The position numbers and the translations under genes are program-made. A DNA stretch of 64,000 nt from an uncultured bacterium (GTDB taxonomy: Bacteria; Patescibacteriota; Dojkabacteria; J137): positions 317,511 to 381,510 of the forward strand of contig OY969472.1 in the NCBI GenBank assembly GCA_963700155.1, given 5' to 3'. The notes under the pieces were generated by a model. It ran no database searches. It was not told the origin of the DNA and saw nothing but the letters and a program-made list of their open reading frames with translations. Within the stretch, counting starts at the first letter, position 1. Each line of letters begins with the position of its first letter. Below are positions 59,976 through 64,000 of the stretch, piece by piece.

Positions 59976-60443
59976 ATGAAAAATAAGCTTAGTAGAGTTA
60001 TAATTCTTTGGTTTATTTATAGAAATAAAATTATGGATAATACAGTAATAGACGAAAAAATAATACAAGTTCCAACTATAGTAGGGATAATGGGACAATC
60101 ACAAGAAAATTTAAAACTAATAATTAATAATATCAAAGAAGAAATATTCAGTGAACCAAATAATAGGAATTCTTATGTACATGGAATAATCTCCCTTACA
60201 ACAACTCTAAACGAGGGCAATAAATTAAGTCCTAACAATGAACATGCGGTTAATAAATTTAAATTAACTCAAGCTGCAATAAATATCATTTGCTCTCAAT
60301 TTTATAATAGTACGACTTTCAGAGTTGACCTTTTTAAAGATGCTCTTAAAGCATTTTGTAACTTTATTGAATTAAGAGATTATGTTGATACCAAAGTTTT
60401 ATTAGATGGTATCGATCGATTCTTCAAAATAACAGAACAATAA
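59976..60443 (+). CDS. Hypothetical protein
   Basis: ORF; start uncertain. Confidence 0.5.
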   Translation: MKNKLSRVIILWFIYRNKIMDNTVIDEKIIQVPTIVGIMGQSQENLKLIINNIKEEIFSEPNNRNSYVHGIISLTTTLNEGNKLSPNNEHAVNKFKLTQAAINIICSQFYNSTTFRVDLFKDALKAFCNFIELRDYVDTKVLLDGIDRFFKITEQ

Positions 60444-60451
60444 AAATCTTC

Positions 60452-60480
60452 TTGACATATATACTCCCCCCTAGTATCAT
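60452..60480 (+). promoter_or_regulatory. Promoter with a CsoR/RcnR-type operator in the spacer
   Basis: TTGACA-17 bp-TATCAT; ATACT-CCCCCC-T-AGTAT at 60461-60477. Confidence 0.8.
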
Positions 60481-60486
60481 ATCTTC

Positions 60487-60747
60487 ATGACAGAAATTCA
60501 GTGCATAGATATAAAAAAACAAATGAATAGAATTTCAGGACAAGTTAAAGGAATTGATAAAATGATCGATGAAGGTCGTGACTATCTTGAAATTATTCAG
60601 CAAATAAAAGCAGTTCAGTCTGCTCTTTCCCGTTTGGGTGTAGAACTCTTGAAAGATGAATCAAAACAATGTTTTAATAAAACAGACAATGCTGAAAAAG
60701 TTAAAAAATTTGAAGAATTAGTTGCAAACTTTTTCAAAATTGCATAA
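60487..60747 (+). CDS. CsoR/RcnR/FrmR-family repressor
   Basis: NRISGQVKGIDKMI...IIQQIKAVQSAL. Confidence 0.88.
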   Translation: MTEIQCIDIKKQMNRISGQVKGIDKMIDEGRDYLEIIQQIKAVQSALSRLGVELLKDESKQCFNKTDNAEKVKKFEELVANFFKIA

Positions 60748-60777
60748 TTTATTTAATCTATTTATTAGTTTATTTTT

Positions 60778-61152
60778 ATGAGTAATGACAATAAAGCATC
60801 TAACGATGCAACAAAAAAAGTGCTTGAAACGGAGCTTACTAATGATAATTTTAATGACTTTGTCGAGAAAGGATATACTTTCGTAGATTTCTGGGCTGAA
60901 TGGTGTACCCCGTGCAGAATGGTTGCTCCAGTTGTAGAAAAACTTGCTCAAGATTGGAAAGGAAAAATAAAAGTCGGTAAATTAAATACAGATGATCATC
61001 CTGAAATTGCTATGAAATACCAAGTTATGGGTATCCCCACCTTTATTATGTTTAAAGATGGTGAGTTGGTAGATAGAATGACAGGAGCGGTTCCACCACC
61101 AATGTTTACACAATTTGTAACAAAAAATTATAAAGAAGAGAAAGCTAAATAA
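60778..61152 (+). CDS. trxA: Thioredoxin
   Basis: VDFWAEWCTPCR, GIPT. Confidence 0.93.
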   Translation: MSNDNKASNDATKKVLETELTNDNFNDFVEKGYTFVDFWAEWCTPCRMVAPVVEKLAQDWKGKIKVGKLNTDDHPEIAMKYQVMGIPTFIMFKDGELVDRMTGAVPPPMFTQFVTKNYKEEKAK

Positions 61153-61179
61153 AATTATTTAAGTTTTAGGATTTCAATT

Positions 61180-62097
61180 ATGAATAAAGTCGTAATAATA
61201 GGTTCAGGACCGGCAGGATTAACAGCAGCCATATATGCTTCAAGAGCAAGGCTTGAACCTGTTTTAGTAGCAGGATATCAATATGGCGGCCAGTTAATGA
61301 ATACTACTTTAGTTGAAAATTATCCAGGGTTTATTGATGGTATTGATGGACCAGTTTTAATGGATAACATGTTAAAACAAGCTCAAAAATTTGGAACTGA
61401 AGTAGTTTTTGAAAATGCTGTAAAAATTGAAAATAAGGATGAAAATAAAATAGTTACAACAGATCAAGGGAAAACCTTTGAAGCAAATACTGTAATTATT
61501 GCAACAGGAGCTCTTCCTAAAAAACTTGGAATACCGGGAGAAGATAAATTTTATGGGAAAGGTGTTTCAACATGTGCAACTTGTGACGCAGCATTTTTTA
61601 AAGATAAGATTGTAGCTGTTGTTGGAGGTGGTGATAGTGCTATGGAAGATTCAAGTGTCTTATCGAAATTTGCATCTAAAGTTTATGTTATTCACAGAAG
61701 AGATGAGCTTAAAGCAAGTAAGATTATGCAGGAAAGAGTTTTGAATAACCCTAAAATTGAGGTCATATATAATACAGAAGTTAAAGAAGTTATTGGTGAT
61801 CAAAATGTAGATTCTTTGAAATTATTTAATAGTGTTGAGAACAAAGAATCCGAATTAAAAGTTGATGGTATGTTCTTAGCTATCGGTCATATTCCTGTAA
61901 CAGATTTTGTTAAAGGATTAGTTGAATTGGATGAAGTGGGATATATAAAAACTCCTGATGGTGTTCACACATCCTTAGATGGTATTTTTGTTGCAGGTGA
62001 TGTTCAAGATCATATCTATAGACAAGCTGTTACAGCAGCAGGAGCTGGATGTAAAGCAGCATTAGAAGTTGAGAAATGGGTTGAAGCTAAAAAATAA
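61180..62097 (+). CDS. trxB: Thioredoxin reductase
   Basis: GSGPAG, CATCD, GGGDSA, AGDV. Confidence 0.96.
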   Translation: MNKVVIIGSGPAGLTAAIYASRARLEPVLVAGYQYGGQLMNTTLVENYPGFIDGIDGPVLMDNMLKQAQKFGTEVVFENAVKIENKDENKIVTTDQGKTFEANTVIIATGALPKKLGIPGEDKFYGKGVSTCATCDAAFFKDKIVAVVGGGDSAMEDSSVLSKFASKVYVIHRRDELKASKIMQERVLNNPKIEVIYNTEVKEVIGDQNVDSLKLFNSVENKESELKVDGMFLAIGHIPVTDFVKGLVELDEVGYIKTPDGVHTSLDGIFVAGDVQDHIYRQAVTAAGAGCKAALEVEKWVEAKK

Positions 62098-62152
62098 TTG
62101 ATTGAAAATAATATCTGATCGTATAATCAAATATAATTTTTATAATTAATAG

Positions 62153-62644
62153 ATGCAATCAGATCCTAAACATGAACTTGTTGATGTCTTTCCTGAAGAA
62201 CACTCTTTGTCAAACTGCTTTCTTTCTCCAGTTCTTTACAGAGAGATTGAATTCAAATCTGTTGAGCATGCTTATCAATTATTTAAGTTTTTTAAAAATG
62301 GCGTTGGGTGGACTATACCGCTAAATGTACGCTTACAAATTATAGAGGCTCCAACAGGACCTGAGGCTAAAAGAATTGCTTATGAATACAAAGCTGATAT
62401 GATTATTACTGACACTAATGAGAAAGTAACTTTGGCATACGAAATTATGCGTGAGAAATTTATTCAAAGTAGTGATCTCAGAAAAATCCTTCTTGAAACT
62501 GATCCAAATACTCTTTTTGAACAAAGTCCTGGAAATACTGAATCAGATAAATTTTGGGGAATAGGAATTGATGGAGCTGGAGAAAATGTTATCGGAAATA
62601 TATTGATGCACATTAGGAAAGAACTTCTTATACATAGAATTTAA
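62153..62644 (+). CDS. NADAR (YbiA-like) protein
   Basis: LSN, SVEHAYQ, KF.Q, DKFWG, GENVIG.ILM..R. Confidence 0.85.
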   Translation: MQSDPKHELVDVFPEEHSLSNCFLSPVLYREIEFKSVEHAYQLFKFFKNGVGWTIPLNVRLQIIEAPTGPEAKRIAYEYKADMIITDTNEKVTLAYEIMREKFIQSSDLRKILLETDPNTLFEQSPGNTESDKFWGIGIDGAGENVIGNILMHIRKELLIHRI

Positions 62645-62648
62645 TAGA

Positions 62649-63221
62649 TCATTTTCTAATAAAGAACATATCCCCATAACTTCTTTCTTCGGGAGTTGGA
62701 TATACTTTATCAATAAATTTATAAGTTTTTGATAAATAATCTTTTAGATTTTTCTCAGTGTTCTTATAAGAATTATGGAATTCTACGAAGATATAATCAA
62801 ACTGGTTCAAGTCTGCACCTTCTAAAACATCAAACTCTGAACCTTCAACATCCAAAACCAAACAATTATAATTCTGCAGATTATGTTCATTTATAAAAGT
62901 CTTTAAAGTCTTACTAATATGGTTCTCCTCTCCACTAAATACTACACCGAATTCTTCTCCTTCAGTATAAATACTTGAACATGTAGGGAATTCTGCAATG
63001 TGCAATGTTACCTCTTCGCCATCTTTATCAGTAATCAATTCGTTATAAGCATTATTCGTTTTCTTTATTAGCTCATTGAAAGCTTTATTTTGGGGTTCAA
63101 TAAAAACCGATGGCCAATTATTAAACATTTCGACCTCTTCTCCAACTGAAGCACCAACCTGAATGATTCCTCTCACATCTAATTTATTTTTTTTTACAAT
63201 ACCAGGGAAATTAAAAAGCAT
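62649..63221 (-). CDS. FkbM-family methyltransferase
   Basis: QVGASVG, IEPQ, LDVEGSEFDVLEG. Confidence 0.85.
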   Translation of the reverse strand: MLFNFPGIVKKNKLDVRGIIQVGASVGEEVEMFNNWPSVFIEPQNKAFNELIKKTNNAYNELITDKDGEEVTLHIAEFPTCSSIYTEGEEFGVVFSGEENHISKTLKTFINEHNLQNYNCLVLDVEGSEFDVLEGADLNQFDYIFVEFHNSYKNTEKNLKDYLSKTYKFIDKVYPTPEERSYGDMFFIRK

Positions 63222-63229
63222 CTGTTATT

Positions 63230-64000
63230 TTAGTAAGTTTCTACTTTGAAAGCAATAACTTCATCACCTTCTTCAACACCTTCAACTTTAGGATCGATTA
63301 TAATTCCACATTCTAATCCCTTCTTTACTTCACGAACTTCATCTTTTCTTATTCTTAAAGAAGAAATTTTTCCTCTTCCAACTTCAGCTTCACCCCTCAT
63401 TACTTTCACTCTATAACCTTTTATAAATACACCTTTTGTAACTTCACATCCAACTACTGTATCTCCATTTGACAAAGTAAATACTTGTTTAACTTTTGCA
63501 TTAGCAATGGCAACTTCTTCTTCTATAGGCTTTTCCATGCTCTCAAGAACTTCCTGAACTTCATCAAACAATTCATAAATTACTTCATAATTTCTTACTA
63601 ATACTCTCTCTGATTTTGCAATTGCTTCAATTTTCGAAGGAGTTGGAAGTTGAAAAGTAACTATAATTCCTTTTGCTAATTTTGCTCTTGAGATTTCATC
63701 TTCAGTAACGTCCCCTGTACCAGAATCAAGAATACTGACCACAGATTCATCGGAACCTAATGTTTTTAATTTCTCAACGATTGCTTCTAAAGTTCCTTCA
63801 GTCGAGGCTTTAACAATAACATTAAGCTTTTTTTGTTCAATACCTTGTTTAATTTCCTCTCTTTTAATTAACATTTGTGCAAAAAGAGATTCAGTGTCTA
63901 ACCCTTCAAGCTGAGGATTTTCTTCAACTACTTGATTCTGAGATCGTAACTCTTTTTGCACTTCTTTAGCTTGCTCTTCAGTTTCAGTAAAATATATTAT
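63230..64000 (-). CDS. infB: Translation initiation factor IF-2 (C-terminal part; starts beyond the window)
   Basis: IVKAS.EGTLEAI, VIYEL, ISSLR..KDEVREV.KGLECGI. Confidence 0.93.
   Translation of the reverse strand: MIYFTETEEQAKEVQKELRSQNQVVEENPQLEGLDTESLFAQMLIKREEIKQGIEQKKLNVIVKASTEGTLEAIVEKLKTLGSDESVVSILDSGTGDVTEDEISRAKLAKGIIVTFQLPTPSKIEAIAKSERVLVRNYEVIYELFDEVQEVLESMEKPIEEEVAIANAKVKQVFTLSNGDTVVGCEVTKGVFIKGYRVKVMRGEAEVGRGKISSLRIRKDEVREVKKGLECGIIIDPKVEGVEEGDEVIAFKVETY

Noticed and set aside
587-62524. Numerous short antisense or overlapping ORFs in the track (e.g. 587-790, 5298-5675, 19459-19821, 41517-41879)
   Set aside because: They are shadow frames of well-supported genes, with no motifs or expression signals.
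1-64000. Alternative genetic code (TGA read-through)
   Set aside because: Conserved genes are full length under code 11, and TGA ends genes at expected positions (e.g. sufD-like, ATPase).

Overview
An AT-rich (roughly 30% GC by eye) bacterial chromosome segment. Gene content points to a Patescibacteria/CPR organism, possibly Dojkabacteria-like (inference): two DUF4012 proteins, a VirB4/TraG-like ATPase, a stand-alone mini-SufD, a half-size MFS, large Cys-rich surface proteins and almost no Shine-Dalgarno sequences. Housekeeping genes include rplC, rpsJ, tuf, truB, fusA, rnhB, rplS, rpmH, dnaG, rpiB, uppP, greA, nfo, gatB, sufS, trxA/B, infB and tRNA-Leu(TAG). No CRISPR array, IS or prophage is evident. 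The most striking unexplained signal is about 16 GC-rich inverted repeats with 11-15 bp arms (nearly all perfect), unrelated to each other in sequence and embedded inside protein-coding genes. Other highlights: (1) a ~215-nt rod-like RNA locus at ~58 kb with a 39-aa basic ORF, a 17-nt stretch complementary to both ends of 16S rRNA, and a divergent 44-aa basic ORF; (2) a tandemly duplicated three-gene surface cassette with mini-thrombospondin repeats and a LamG-LamG plug-in; (3) a circularly permuted M23 peptidase; (4) an EF-Tu with non-canonical switch I and NKxD motifs; (5) many apparently leaderless genes; (6) an atypical CsoR-family regulator with its operator ahead of trxA-trxB. Six genes carry single-base frameshifts that are probably sequencing errors.
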